Assembly (NCBI GenBank): GCA_963726745.1
Contig: CAVSDR010000003.1
Location: 320,001-384,000 of the forward strand
Source of the DNA: an uncultured Verrucomicrobiae bacterium
Lineage (GTDB): Bacteria > Verrucomicrobiota > Verrucomicrobiia > Chthoniobacterales > UBA10450
DNA length: 64,000 nucleotides
Direction: 5' to 3'
Under the pieces are notes generated by a model that was not told the origin of the DNA, made no database searches, and was given only the letters and a program-made list of their open reading frames with translations. Positions 18,632 through 29,662 of the stretch are shown piece after piece. The first letter of the stretch is position 1; each line of letters opens with the position of its first letter. The translations under genes and the position numbers were made by a program.

Positions 18632-19760
18632 TTGCGAGGACGCGGCTCTCACGGTAACAGGCAGCGCATTAGCGCGTCCTCCTTTCATCGCCGAAGGAAT
18701 TTCTTCCGCGTTGCGGCGTTGCTGCTGGCGCTGGTCGCGATTCCGCGCGCGCACGCCCTTCTTCCCCTGGTCGACGGCATGGTCTGGGAGTATCGCGTCG
18801 TCGGGAGCGCGCCCGGCGAAAAAACGCCCGCGCACCTTTCCGTGCGCGTGGCCGGCCAGAGCGAGCGCAACGGCCACGAGCTTACCCGGCTCGAGACCTG
18901 GCACGACGACGTGCTCGCGAAGACCGAGCTGGTAACCGATGACACCCGCGGCCTGCTCCGCTTCGAGAGCGTGGAGGGGGAACGCAAAACCGAGTTCGAC
19001 CCGCCGCAGATTCTCGCGCCGCGGGACCTGCATGTGGGCGCCAGGTGGGAGCTGGAGAATGCCGTCGGCAGCGAAGAGCCGCGCCAGCAGATGACGGTGG
19101 ACGGCGAGGAAAAAATCACCGTGCCCGCCGGGAACTTCCGCGCCTTCCGCATCCGCTACGAGGAACCCTGGCCGCTCACGGTGCAGGTGGAGCGCTGGTT
19201 CGCGCCTGGGGTTGGCTGGATCAAAGATTCCACCATCACCCGCGGGCCCGGCGGACGACTCGTTAGCCGGGTGACCATGGAGCTGACTAAATTCTCCCCC
19301 TCCGCCGCCACGCCGAGCCCCACTCCCTCGCCTGTCCCCTCACCGCTCCCGAGCCCAACGCCGGCGCCTTCCGTCGAAATCTCTCCGGAGGAATCCCCCA
19401 CGCCCTGCCCCTTCGCCAGAAACTCCGGTCGAATTAGCCGTCGAGTTGGCCAAGACCCCCGACGGTCCGGCGGCGACCGAGTTCCCCGCCGATACGCCGA
19501 ATTTCTATGTCCGCTGGCGCGGCGCGAATTTGCCCACTGGATCGGTCGTTCGCTTCACCTGGGTGGCGGAAGACGTGGGCGACATCGTCGATCCGAATTT
19601 CATCGTCGACCAAAAGAATCTCCAGGTGAACACGCCCAACGTGAGCGGGCGGTTCACCCTCTCGCGTCCGCCGGACGGTTGGGCCCCGGGGAAATATCGA
19701 GTGGACCTTTACCTGGACGATAGGCTAACGAGCAGTCTCGCGATCACCATTCAAGAATAG
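18632..19760 (+). CDS. Secreted hypothetical protein (beta-rich N-domain, Pro/Ser/Thr linker, Ig-like C-domain) with one apparent frameshift near 19404
   Basis: ITVPAGNF.A...WFAPGVGWIK motif; deleting one C near 19404 joins the PT linker to the 19446-19760 ORF (…TPAPSPETPVELAVELAKT…); start uncertain. Confidence 0.65.
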
Positions 19761-19765
19761 CCAGC

Positions 19766-20800
19766 ATGATCACCTTCTACGCGCCGGAGCAGCCCGGAGC
19801 CGTCGACCAAAGCGGCGAGCAGTGCGCCGCCCTCACGCCCGGCGCAGTCTGGATCGACCTGCTCGAGCCGAGCCCGGCGGAAGAGCAAGCCCTCGAGCGC
19901 GCCCTCGGGATTAACATTCCCACGCGCGAAGAAATGATGGAGATCGAGCTCTCCAGCCGGCTCTACGAGGAAGGCGACGCGCTCTTCATGACCGCGACCG
20001 TCATGACGCGGAGCGACACGAGCACGCCGCAGAGTTCCGCGGTCACTTTCATCATGACCGCGGGCAAGCTCATCACCTTGCGCTACGCCGATCCCGCGCC
20101 CTTCGCGACCTTCCGGAAAAAGCGCGAAGCCCATCCCGAGCGCTACCAAAATGCCGGCCAATTCCTCGCCGGGATCATCGACGCGATCGTGGAGCGAATA
20201 GCCGACATCCTCGAAGGCGTGGGCGCGAATCTCGACCGCATTTCCCTGCGCGTCTTCGATCCCGGGCAGCCCGCGGAACCGCTCCCGCTGCCCGCGCGCC
20301 TGCACCACAGCGCCCATGGTCGCGCGCGGAAAACGCGCCAGCGCGATTTCGTGGAAACGCTCCGCCGCATCGGCGCCGCGAGCGATCTGGTTTCGCGCGC
20401 GCGCGAGAGCCTGGTCAGCTTCACCCGCTTGCTCGCGTTCTACCGCGAAGTCCACAAGGACGACGGCAACGGCACGCGCGAGGCGCACAAGCATTTGAAG
20501 ACAATCGCGGGCGATCTCACCTCGCTGAGCGACCACGCCAGTTTCCTCGGGAGCAAGGTCAGTTTTCTCCTCGATGCCACCCTCGGGATGATCAACAACG
20601 AGCAGAATGGCATCATCAAAATCCTCTCCGTGGCCGCGCTCGTTTTCCTCCCGCCCACGCTCGTGGCCGGGATCTACGGGATGAACTTCCAGCACATGCC
20701 GGAGCTGAGCTGGGTGCGCGGTTACCCGTGGGCGCTCACGCTCATGGTCTTCTCCGCGGTCGTGCCTTATCTCTTCTTCAAGCGACGCGGCTGGCTTTAG
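19766..20800 (+). CDS. corA: CorA-family Mg2+ transporter
   Basis: WIDL..P, LPPTLVAGIYGMNF..MPEL signature and two C-terminal TMs. Confidence 0.93.
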   Translation: MITFYAPEQPGAVDQSGEQCAALTPGAVWIDLLEPSPAEEQALERALGINIPTREEMMEIELSSRLYEEGDALFMTATVMTRSDTSTPQSSAVTFIMTAGKLITLRYADPAPFATFRKKREAHPERYQNAGQFLAGIIDAIVERIADILEGVGANLDRISLRVFDPGQPAEPLPLPARLHHSAHGRARKTRQRDFVETLRRIGAASDLVSRARESLVSFTRLLAFYREVHKDDGNGTREAHKHLKTIAGDLTSLSDHASFLGSKVSFLLDATLGMINNEQNGIIKILSVAALVFLPPTLVAGIYGMNFQHMPELSWVRGYPWALTLMVFSAVVPYLFFKRRGWL

Positions 20801-20845
20801 CCGGCAGGCTGGTCGCGCCGGGACGTTTTTGTTAAAGCTGCGGCC

Positions 20846-21382
20846 ATGTGGCGTCTCCTGCTCTTCCTGGCGCTCGCCGCCGCGGCCGGCGCGCAGGAAT
20901 TGCCCACCGGGAAGGATGACGAAGCGGGCGATGTCGACCCGCCGATCCTGATCCAGGAGCGCAAGCCGGATGGCTCGTTCGTGCTCAGCGGCGCGGCCCA
21001 AACCGCCCCCGATCTCGATCTGGAAAAACTCGAGCGCGACCTCGCGCGGGCCCGGCGCGGTGCCGCCGGCGCGGAAGGGCTCTACCGCGCGGGCATTATC
21101 TCGAAGGTGGAAGCGGAAGAGCGCGCGCTCCGCGTGGTGCGGCTGGAAGCGAAGCTGGCCACGGCCCGGCTTGAGCTCGCGCGACAAAACGCTGCCGCTG
21201 ACCTGGCGAGCGTGAAAGAGGCGGCCGAGCGCGCCGTGACCGAACGCACGCGCGCCGAGCTGGAAGTGGCCGCGCGCAACGTCGATCGCCAGAAGAAACT
21301 GCTCGCGCTCGGGAGCGGCCGGCGCGGCGATCTCCAGCGCGCGGAACAAAAACTCGCGGAACTGCAGCAGCCGCACGAATGA
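20846..21382 (+). CDS. Secreted alpha-helical hypothetical protein
   Basis: Signal peptide, coiled-coil body. Confidence 0.7.
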   Translation: MWRLLLFLALAAAAGAQELPTGKDDEAGDVDPPILIQERKPDGSFVLSGAAQTAPDLDLEKLERDLARARRGAAGAEGLYRAGIISKVEAEERALRVVRLEAKLATARLELARQNAAADLASVKEAAERAVTERTRAELEVAARNVDRQKKLLALGSGRRGDLQRAEQKLAELQQPHE

Positions 21383-21389
21383 TTCGGCC

Positions 21390-22052
21390 GTGCGCTGGTT
21401 CCATCTCGCTGTCTGTTTTGCCAGCACTCTCTGCGCGCAGGAAGAAGCGCCCTTGAAGACCACGGAGGATCGGCTGGCGGAATTCGGCGACGCGGTCCGT
21501 GCGCGCCTCGAGCCGCAATTCCGCGCGGCCGGGATCGCTTATCCGCCCACGCAAGTGATGCTCATCGGTTTGAAAGCCGAGCGCGTGCTCGAAGTGCACG
21601 CGCGCGACGCGGACAAAGATTTCCGCCTCGTCTGCCGCTACCCGATTCTCGCGGCCAGCGGCGGCCCCGGGCCGAAGCTGCGCGAAGGCGATCTGCAAGT
21701 GCCGGAAGGCTCCTATGCGTTGCGGGAATTGAACCCGAACAGCCGCTTCCACCTCAGCCTTTGGATCGATTATCCCAACGCCGAGGAAAGCGCGCGCGCC
21801 GCCGCCGAAGGGCGCGATCCCGGCGGCGAGATCATGATCCACGGCGGCCACGAGTCGCGCGGCTGCCTCGCGCTGGGCGATCCCGCGGCGGAAGATCTCT
21901 TCGTGCTCGCGGCGCTTACCGGAATCGAAAACGTCCGGGTGCTCCTCGTTCCGCGCGACTTGCGTTCGTTAGGCGGCAAGCTCTCGCCCGCGGAGGAGAT
22001 CCTGCGCGCCGAACTGCAGCGCTTCCCCGCGGCTCAAGTTTCGAGCAAGTGA
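21390..22052 (+). CDS. L,D-transpeptidase (YkuD) family protein
   Basis: GPKLREGDLQVPEG.Y, NPNSRFHLSL.IDYPN, IMIHGG..SRGC catalytic His/Cys. Confidence 0.9.
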   Translation: MRWFHLAVCFASTLCAQEEAPLKTTEDRLAEFGDAVRARLEPQFRAAGIAYPPTQVMLIGLKAERVLEVHARDADKDFRLVCRYPILAASGGPGPKLREGDLQVPEGSYALRELNPNSRFHLSLWIDYPNAEESARAAAEGRDPGGEIMIHGGHESRGCLALGDPAAEDLFVLAALTGIENVRVLLVPRDLRSLGGKLSPAEEILRAELQRFPAAQVSSK

Positions 22053-22645
22053 TCGGGCGTGCGCTCGCCATGCGCCAGGCGGCGCAAGCGCGGCTCGCAC
22101 AGGAGCACCGCGAGGGCGCAGGGGGCGGTTTTCATGAGGCCCATTTGCACCTGCTCGATCGCTTCCGCCACCGGCACGAGCTGCACTTCGATACTCTCAC
22201 TCGCTTCCTTCTCGGTCTCGTGCGCGAGCTCCACGCCTTCAGCCAGGAAGACGTGGCACTTCTCGTCGCAGGTGGAATTGGCCGAGTAAAAATAGTCGAC
22301 GTAATGGAAGGCCGCAGCTGTTCCGCCGACTTCCTCCTTCAGTTCCTTGCGCGCCACTTCCTCGAGCGAAGCGCCATCGCTATCGTGCATCCCGCCGGCC
22401 GGCACCTCCAGGCACCACTCGTCGACGGCGTAACGATATTGCCGCAGCATGACCATGCGCCCGTCCTTCGTCACCGGCACAATCACGACCGCGTCGCCAC
22501 GTTCCAGGTAGGCAAACTGCAGCTTCTTCCCGTCGGCTAATTCGACCGCGTCCTCGCGCACCCGGAAGATGTCGTTTCGAAAACGCTCTTCGCTCGCGAC
22601 CTGGGTCCAGCCCGCTTTCCTTCCGTTCGGCTTGTCGTTTTTCAT
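22034..22645 (-). CDS. NUDIX hydrolase (ADP-ribose pyrophosphatase-like)
   Basis: RQYRYAV...LEVPAGG...ARKELKEEVG Nudix box; ATG overlaps the corrected upstream stop (TAATG). Confidence 0.9.
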   Translation of the reverse strand: MKNDKPNGRKAGWTQVASEERFRNDIFRVREDAVELADGKKLQFAYLERGDAVVIVPVTKDGRMVMLRQYRYAVDEWCLEVPAGGMHDSDGASLEEVARKELKEEVGGTAAAFHYVDYFYSANSTCDEKCHVFLAEGVELAHETEKEASESIEVQLVPVAEAIEQVQMGLMKTAPCALAVLLCEPRLRRLAHGERTPDHLLET

Positions 22646-24193
22646 TAGGTTCCCTTCGCAGTGCGGTAATGATCGGCCAGCGGATAACTCCGCGCCACCA
22701 ACCCGAAAGGCCAGCGCGGCGGCAAAGGCAAAGGCGGCAAAGAAAAACATCTGCGCCGCGGTCACGCCGAAATTAGCCGACCGGATGGAAGCGAGCACGC
22801 CTTCGTTTTGCACCACCGCATTGACCACCAGGACCCAGAGATTGCCGATCGTGACCGAGAGATTCCAGAAGGCCATGATCGCGCTTTTCATCGTCAACGG
22901 CGCCTGGCTGTAGGCAAACTCGAGCCCGGTCGCGGAGACGAGCACTTCGCCAAAAGTGAGGAAAGTATACGGCAACATCTGCCAGAAAATCGAAAGCGTG
23001 CCGGCGCCATCGAGGACGAGTTGCATCAAGCCAATCACGATCCAGGAGAGCCCGGAGAAGGCGATCCCCGCAGTCATGCGCCGGAGCGCAGTCATCTCGT
23101 AGCCAAAACGCCGCAGCGCCGGATAGAGCACGAGGTTGTTGAAGGGGATCAAGACCATCACGAGCAGCGGATTGAGCGCCTGCATTTGCGAAGCCTGGAA
23201 CCAACTGGGCGAGCTCATGGTTTTCCCCTGCAAAACCCAGGTGGAAGCTTTCTGGTCAAAGAGCGACCAGAACGGCGTGACCAGCGCGAAAAGCACGAGC
23301 ACGCGCAGGACCGAGCGCACCCCGGCGATCGCGTCCGGCGGATGCACCTCGCGCACGTCGTCGAGTTGCAGCCAAACCCCGAGCCCGCCGAGCGCGATCA
23401 CCGAGACGAGCGCGAGGCAGGCCGCGATGACAAAGCCGAGCTGCGGCATGAGCACGAAGGCCACGACCGCGCCGGCCACCGCCAGAAAAGCGAAAACGCG
23501 GCCGCGCGTCCCGGCGTTGAGCGCGCTCGCGCTCACGCGCAGAAACGAGTGCGGATTTGGCGGCGCCGGCGGGACCATGACGTATTGCCGGCGGCCCCAC
23601 CAAAGGATCATCGTGGCGATGAACATGAGCGCGCCGGGAATGCCGAAAGCGATCGAGGCGCCGAGATGCCGCAGGAAAATCGGCATCAGGAGCGAAGCGA
23701 AGAAGCTCCCGAAATTAATGATCCAGTAGAAGGAATCGAAGACCACCTTCGCGCGGTGCTTGTTTGTCTGGTCGAATTGATCGCCGACAAACGCGGCCAC
23801 ACAGGGCTTGATCCCGCCGGAGCCGAGCGCGATCAGCCCCAGCCCGGTGTAGAAGCCGTAGCGGTTCGACTCGAAGATCGCCAGGCAGGCGTGGCCCGCG
23901 CAATAGACCAGGCTAAGCCAGAAGATGGTGTTGTACTTCCCGTAGAAGCGGTCGGCCAGCCAGCCGCCGAGCAGCGGAAAAAAGTAAACCCCGATGACGA
24001 AGGTGTGGAAGACATCCTTGGCCGCGAGCGCGCGTTCCCCTTCCGGCAAATAGAGCAGGAGATGCGAGACGAGGAAGATCGTGAGGATGTTCCGCATCCC
24101 ATAAAAGCTGAAGCGCTCGCAGCCTTCATTGCCGATGATGTAGCGGATCTGCCGCGGGATCGGCGCTTGCGGGTCGGGAGTCGTCGCCTGCAC
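22645..24193 (-). CDS. POT/PTR-family proton-dependent oligopeptide transporter (1-nt insertion near 22707)
   Basis: NEGCERFSFYGMR, GGWLADR, GSGGIKP, GEVLVSATGLEFAYSQAP; removing one T gives the C-terminus AFGLVARSYPLADHYRTAKGT*. Confidence 0.9.
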
Positions 24194-24251
24194 GCCTGCG
24201 AGCGTGCGAAGAAGCGCCGGCCGGCGCAACCAGAAAGCGTCGGCTCTTTGC

Positions 24252-24671
24252 CTAACGAGTGCTGCGCCGCCAGGCCAGAAGCGTCCAGGCGAAGGTGACG
24301 ATTTCCTGCACGCTGAAGAGGAACGCAAACGCTCCCGGCAGCAACCCCAGCCACCAGAGCCCGGCCACCAGCGGCGGCACCAGCGGCCGGTCGAGCAGGG
24401 TGGCGAAGACAAAGCCCTCGGCATTCAGCCGTCCGCTCACGGTGTAGAGCATCCCGATGCCGGCAATGAGCAGGCCGGCCAGGCGCAGGAACGCGAGCGC
24501 CTGCGCCGCGGGCGCTTCCAAATGCAGCAACGCCGCGACCCAAACCGGGAATAGAACCAGCACACTGCCCTCAAGCAACAGCACCCAGCCATAGAGCTCG
24601 ACCGTGCGCGCGGCCGCCGTTTGGCCGGGGCGCGCCCAGAGACGCCGGAACATTTCGCGGAGCGGAGGCAT
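24252..24671 (-). CDS. Small integral membrane protein (about 4 TM)
   Basis: Hydrophobic ORF co-directional with its neighbours. Confidence 0.7.
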   Translation of the reverse strand: MPPLREMFRRLWARPGQTAAARTVELYGWVLLLEGSVLVLFPVWVAALLHLEAPAAQALAFLRLAGLLIAGIGMLYTVSGRLNAEGFVFATLLDRPLVPPLVAGLWWLGLLPGAFAFLFSVQEIVTFAWTLLAWRRSTR

Positions 24672-24733
24672 GGACAAAGTGCTGCCTAAACCTTGCCCGC
24701 CGGGGCCGCCCGTCGTCGAACTTTTTTCGCTCG

Positions 24734-27700
24734 TTAGGCCTGCACGGGCAGCGGCGGGGCCACTGGCTTCCCCTGCTCCGCCTCGTGATGCGTGTGGCTG
24801 CTGCGCAGGAAAGGCACGCGGTCGAGCACGCGCTCCTGGAACCATTCCAGCGCGAGGTAAATAACCGGCGTGATGTAGAGCGTGATCAACTGCGAGATGA
24901 TCAAGCCTCCCACAATCACGAGGCCGAGCGGCCGCCGCGACGCCCCGTCCGCGCCGTAGCCGAGCGCGAGCGGCACCGCGCCCATAAGCGCCGCCAGCGT
25001 GGTCATGATGATCGGGCGAAAACGCTCGACGCTGGCTTCGTGAATCGCGCTGCGGCGATCGTAGCCTTCATCGAGTCGATGGAGCGCGAAGTCGACAATC
25101 ATGATGCCGTTCTTCTTCACGATGCCCATGAGCAGGAAAAGACCGATGACCGAGTAGAGCGAGAGCGTCGAATCGAAAAGCCAGAGCGTGAAGAGGCCGC
25201 CCACGACTGCTGGGAAGAGCGTCGAAAGCACGGTCACCGGATGGACGTAGCTCTCGTAAAGAATGCCGAGGATGACATACATCACAAAGACCGCGCCGAG
25301 GATGAGGAACGGGAGCGCATTGAAGAGCTGCCGGAGCACGAGGCCTTCGCCTTGCAACTCGCCTTTGACCGTCGGCGGGATCACTTCCGTGGCCGTCTTT
25401 TCCAGGAAATCAGTCACATCGCCGAGGGCCACATCCGGCTTCACGTCGAAGCCAAAAGTCACGCTGGTGAACTGGTTGATGTGATTGACTGATTGCAGGC
25501 CGAGCTTCGTCTCCGCATTCGTTAGCGTCTGCACCGGGATGAGTTTCCCGGTGGTGTCACTCTTCACGTAAAGGTGGCGCAAATCATCGGGGCCGGAACG
25601 GTCCGCGCCTTCGACTTCCAGGATCACCTGGTATTGATCGTCGGCCGCCTTGATCAAGTAGACGTAGTTTTGCGAATAAGCGGCGCGCAGGAGATTTTGC
25701 AGGCGAGTGGCGGAGACGCCGTAAAGGCTGGAGCGATCGCGATCGATGTTGATGTCGATGTTCGGCATGTTCCGGAAGAGATCGGAACGTGGCGGCGCGA
25801 CGAAGCCCGGGTAGTCCTTGAGCTTCTTCTCGAAAGCATCGGCCGCGGCGTAGACTTCCTGCGGATTGATCCCGCTCAAGACGTAGCTGTAGCGCCCGAA
25901 ACTGCTCCCGCCGCCGCCGATGTCGATGCGTAAAACGGGCTGCGGATTGAGCGTGGGAAAGACGCCGGGAATGCCGCTTAAGGCAGCGCGCAGATCTTTC
26001 GCCACCTGGTCAATTGGCGGCCGCTCGCTCGCGTCTTTCAGGAAGAGAACCGTGAAAATGCCGGCACTTTGCCCACCGCGCCCGGCCACGGTGAAGTATT
26101 TGTCGACCGCGGGATTAGCCTGCAAGACGGGGTCCAGCCGATCCTGCATGGCTCGCTGCTCCGCCGGCGAAGCACCTTCCTGCATGATAAAGAAACCACG
26201 AATGACCCCGCTATCGCCCGTGGGCAGGAGCGTAAAAGGCAGCGCCTTAAAGAAGAAAACGACGCCTAAACCGCAGAGCAAAACAATCGGGGCCGCGAGC
26301 CATCCATGATTCAAAAACCAATCGAGCGACCGGCTGTAAAAGCGCAACGTGGGCTCGAAGATGTGCTCCGTGAAAATCTCCGTGCGCGTCTTCTTGTGCC
26401 CGGGATTGTGCTCCGAGAGCATGCGCGAGCACATCAGCGGCGTGAGGGTTAACGAGACCAAACCGGACGCCAAAATCGCGACAATGATCGTGACCGCGAA
26501 CTCGAAGAAGATGCGGCCGAGTAACCCCGGCATGAAGACCAGCGGAATGAAAACCGCCGCGAGCGAAAGCGTCATCGACAAAATGGTGAACGAGATCTCA
26601 CCCGCGCTATTCATCGTCGCCTGGTAGATCGACTCGCCGGCTTCCGCGCGGCGGACAACGTTTTCCAAAAAGACGATCGCGTCATCGACCAGGAAGCCGA
26701 TTGCCAGCGTCAGCGCCATGAGCGTGAGGTTGTTGATCGAGAACCCAAGCGCGAACATCGCGATGGTGGTGATGAGGAGCGACATCGGCAGCGCGACCAC
26801 CGGAATGAGCGTGTCGGTCACGCGCCCGAGGAAAAAGAAGATCACCAGAACGACGAGGAAAAAGGCGATCAGGAGCGTCTCCTGCACATCGTGGACCGAG
26901 CGCACGATCGTCTGCGAGCGATCGAAGGTGGGAATCAAGTTGATCGAGCCCGGAAGTTCGCGGCGCAGTTCCGGCACGAGATCGGTCACGGCTTTCGCAA
27001 CCTCGACCGCATTCGCCCCAGCCTGCCGCGAAACCGCAAAGACGATCACGGAAGCCGGCGGCTTAAACCCGCGTGCGAAGAAATGTCGCGAGAGCCGCTC
27101 GTCCTGCACGCCCTCGACCACGCGCGCGACATCGCGCAGGTAAACCGGGGTGTTATCCTTCCCGCGGCCGACGATTAAATTCCGGTAGCCTTCGGCGTCA
27201 GCGATCTGCGCATTCGGCCGCAAGACAAAGGTCCTCGTGGCGCCATCAAACTGTCCCGCGCCGGCGTAGCTCGTGCCCGCGCGGATCGCGGCCGAGAGCT
27301 CGTCCAAGGTCATGTTGCGCGCGGTCAACGCGCCGGGGTCGGCCTTGATCCGGATGGCGCGTTTCACTCCGTAGATCTGCACGTCGGAGACACCTGGCAG
27401 GATGCTGATCCGCTGCTGCACCTGCGTGGTCGCGTAGAGATAAAGGTCGCCGTCGGTCAGCGTTTCACTCGTTAGGGCAACGTAGACGACCGGCTGGTCG
27501 TTCGGGTTGCTCTTGGTAAAAGTCGGCGGGCTCGGGAGATCGGAAGGGAGCTGGCCGCTGGCCTGCTGGATCGCCGCCTGCACGTCGGTGGCCGCGCTGT
27601 CGATGCTCTTCGCGAGGTCAAATTGCAGGGTAATGTTCGTGCTGCCCTGCGTGCTCGAACTGGTGATCAGGAAAATCCCGGGAATCTGGGTGAACTGCTT

Positions 27701-27988
27701 CTCCAGCGGCGTGGCGATGGTGTTCGCCATCGTTTCCGGATTCGCGCCCGGATAACTCGCGCGCACGTTGATGATCGGATAATCGACCGCCGGAAGATCG
27801 TTCACCGCCAGCCGATTGTAAGCCAGCACGCCGAAGACGATCATGGATGCCGTCAGCAGCATCGTCATCACTGGCCGCTTGATGAAGGGCCGCGATAAGC
27901 CAGAGGAAAACTGGACCAACGCCGGCTTCGCTTTCGCGGCGAGCGATGGGCCGCTGGTCTCGGTGACGGGATCGCGCGACTCAGCCAT
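24734..27988 (-). CDS. RND efflux permease (MdtB/MdtC-like, HAE1)
   Basis: FIKRPV.T, LP.VDYP.I.V, GFLVDDAIV.LEN, GIVKKNGIMIVDF, RFRPIIMTT; 1084 aa. Confidence 0.96.
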   Translation of the reverse strand: MAESRDPVTETSGPSLAAKAKPALVQFSSGLSRPFIKRPVMTMLLTASMIVFGVLAYNRLAVNDLPAVDYPIINVRASYPGANPETMANTIATPLEKQFTQIPGIFLITSSSTQGSTNITLQFDLAKSIDSAATDVQAAIQQASGQLPSDLPSPPTFTKSNPNDQPVVYVALTSETLTDGDLYLYATTQVQQRISILPGVSDVQIYGVKRAIRIKADPGALTARNMTLDELSAAIRAGTSYAGAGQFDGATRTFVLRPNAQIADAEGYRNLIVGRGKDNTPVYLRDVARVVEGVQDERLSRHFFARGFKPPASVIVFAVSRQAGANAVEVAKAVTDLVPELRRELPGSINLIPTFDRSQTIVRSVHDVQETLLIAFFLVVLVIFFFLGRVTDTLIPVVALPMSLLITTIAMFALGFSINNLTLMALTLAIGFLVDDAIVFLENVVRRAEAGESIYQATMNSAGEISFTILSMTLSLAAVFIPLVFMPGLLGRIFFEFAVTIIVAILASGLVSLTLTPLMCSRMLSEHNPGHKKTRTEIFTEHIFEPTLRFYSRSLDWFLNHGWLAAPIVLLCGLGVVFFFKALPFTLLPTGDSGVIRGFFIMQEGASPAEQRAMQDRLDPVLQANPAVDKYFTVAGRGGQSAGIFTVLFLKDASERPPIDQVAKDLRAALSGIPGVFPTLNPQPVLRIDIGGGGSSFGRYSYVLSGINPQEVYAAADAFEKKLKDYPGFVAPPRSDLFRNMPNIDINIDRDRSSLYGVSATRLQNLLRAAYSQNYVYLIKAADDQYQVILEVEGADRSGPDDLRHLYVKSDTTGKLIPVQTLTNAETKLGLQSVNHINQFTSVTFGFDVKPDVALGDVTDFLEKTATEVIPPTVKGELQGEGLVLRQLFNALPFLILGAVFVMYVILGILYESYVHPVTVLSTLFPAVVGGLFTLWLFDSTLSLYSVIGLFLLMGIVKKNGIMIVDFALHRLDEGYDRRSAIHEASVERFRPIIMTTLAALMGAVPLALGYGADGASRRPLGLVIVGGLIISQLITLYITPVIYLALEWFQERVLDRVPFLRSSHTHHEAEQGKPVAPPLPVQA

Positions 27989-29180
27989 TCCCCTGCACTC
28001 CCGTCTCGGCGCTGCGCTCCCGCGCGGGCGGCACTGGAGATTCCTCCTTGGCCGCGACTTTCGCGCCGGGTGCGAGCTGCAGCTGACCGCTCACCACCAC
28101 GCGTTCGCCCGTCTGGACGCCATCTTGGATGACCGTCTTGTCGCCTTGCACCTGGCCGGGTTTCACCTGGCGGAGGTCGAGCGTGGAATCTTCTTTAACC
28201 ACAAAAACGTAGGGGCCGTTTTGCCCGATCTGGACCGCGCTTGTTGGGACGAGCTTAGCGTCTTTGAGCGTCTCGAGAATCAAACGGACGCGCACGAATT
28301 GTGCAGGCCAAAGCGCGCGGTCGGGATTCGGCGTGATGGCGCGCGCCTTGATCGTGCCGGCTCCCGGTTGCACCGCCTGGTCCACAAAAGTGAGCTTGCC
28401 TTCGCGCGGCGGCACGTTGTCGCCTTCGGCATCAGTCAGCACTTTGAGCGTGTCGCCGTCCAGATAACGCCGGACAAGCGCGAGGTCGGGCTCGGCGATG
28501 GTGAAATCGGTGTAGATCGGATCCAGGCCCTGGATCGTAACCAAGGTCGCGCCATTCGGCGTGACCACGTTGCCGACATCGACATTGCGCAGCCCCGCGC
28601 GGCCATTGATCGGCGAGCGCACTTCGGTGAAGTCGAGATTGACCTGCGCAGACGCCACCGCGGCCTCCGTGCGCATGGCGTTGGCCTTCGCGGTGTCGAG
28701 TTCCTGCGTCGCGGTGACGTTTTTTGATTGGAGATTTTGCTGCCGCGCGAAGTTCGACTGCGCGAGCGCAGCGTCGGCCTTGGCCGCGGCGAGCGTGGCC
28801 GCGTAGGGCCGCGGGTCGATCTTGAAAAGGAGGTCGCCTTTCTTCACGTCGGCGCCGTCCTGGAACTCGCGCGAGACAATCTGCCCGGCGACTTGCGGCT
28901 GCACGTTTACGGTTTCAAACGCGGTCGTGGTCCCGATTTCGTCGAGATACAACGGCACGTCCGCTTGCGTGACCTTTGCGACCGTGACCGGTTTCGGCGG
29001 CGGAGCGGATTGATCCTTCTTCTTCCCGCCGAATCCGCGCCAGGCAAAAAACAAAATAGCCAGCAAGATGAGCGCGCCGATGACGTAGAAGCGCGTCCGC
29101 CCGGAGGCGCGCTCGTGGGCGGCGGCGGCGTGCTCGCGGGTGGCACCGGAAGCTTTGGCGAGGGAGGTCATGCTGCTCAT
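27981..29180 (-). CDS. RND periplasmic adaptor (MFP, MdtA-like)
   Basis: N-terminal TM, V.PQVAGQI...G..VKKGDLLF.IDPRPY, SPI.GRAG. Confidence 0.94.
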   Translation of the reverse strand: MSSMTSLAKASGATREHAAAAHERASGRTRFYVIGALILLAILFFAWRGFGGKKKDQSAPPPKPVTVAKVTQADVPLYLDEIGTTTAFETVNVQPQVAGQIVSREFQDGADVKKGDLLFKIDPRPYAATLAAAKADAALAQSNFARQQNLQSKNVTATQELDTAKANAMRTEAAVASAQVNLDFTEVRSPINGRAGLRNVDVGNVVTPNGATLVTIQGLDPIYTDFTIAEPDLALVRRYLDGDTLKVLTDAEGDNVPPREGKLTFVDQAVQPGAGTIKARAITPNPDRALWPAQFVRVRLILETLKDAKLVPTSAVQIGQNGPYVFVVKEDSTLDLRQVKPGQVQGDKTVIQDGVQTGERVVVSGQLQLAPGAKVAAKEESPVPPARERSAETGVQGNG

Positions 29181-29659
29181 GCTGCTTTCACTGTTACGAG
29201 AGAGGCGCCAGTCCGGGCGCGATCGGTTTCCTCGAGCGCTTTTTCGCGGATCTGCCGCAGAACGCGCGCACAAATCTCGAGATCGCGCCGCGGAATATCT
29301 GCCAGCAACTCGTGCCGCACTTCCTGCGCGGTCTGGAAGATATTTTCAAGGACGACGTTAGCCCGCGGCTGCAGGTGGACGGTCTTGCAACGCCGATCCG
29401 CCGCATGGCCGCGGCGGGTGATCCAGCCATCTTCCTGCAGGCGATGAAGAATGCCCGCGAGCGTCGGCTCCTCGATCCCGACAAGCGCAGCGATTTCCTT
29501 TTGCGTCCGCTTATCGCCGCCGCGCGCGAGGTGCGCCAGCGTGGTCCACTTGCCCATGCTCAAGCCGAGCGGCTTGAGCCGGCGATCGAGGCGATTGCGC
29601 CAGGCGCGGCCGGTCTCGACGATGAGCAGGCCGAGGCGTTCGAGGTCGTTCGGGGGCAT
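29177..29659 (-). CDS. MarR/SlyA-family transcriptional regulator
   Basis: R.WR..LDRRLKPLGLS...W..L, TQKEIA..VGIEEPTL..IL.RL...G.I.R....DRR. Confidence 0.93.
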   Translation of the reverse strand: MPPNDLERLGLLIVETGRAWRNRLDRRLKPLGLSMGKWTTLAHLARGGDKRTQKEIAALVGIEEPTLAGILHRLQEDGWITRRGHAADRRCKTVHLQPRANVVLENIFQTAQEVRHELLADIPRRDLEICARVLRQIREKALEETDRARTGASLVTVKAA

Positions 29660-29662
29660 GCG

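Noticed and set aside
19305..19410. Pro/Ser/Thr low-complexity repeats (also the Ala/Pro/Lys-rich IF-2 N-terminus)
   Set aside because: Ordinary flexible linkers.
22034..24424. Apparent 796-aa POT transporter-NUDIX fusion
   Set aside because: Removing one T near 22707 restores a normal POT C-terminus and a TAATG stop/start overlap with the NUDIX gene; most likely an indel error.
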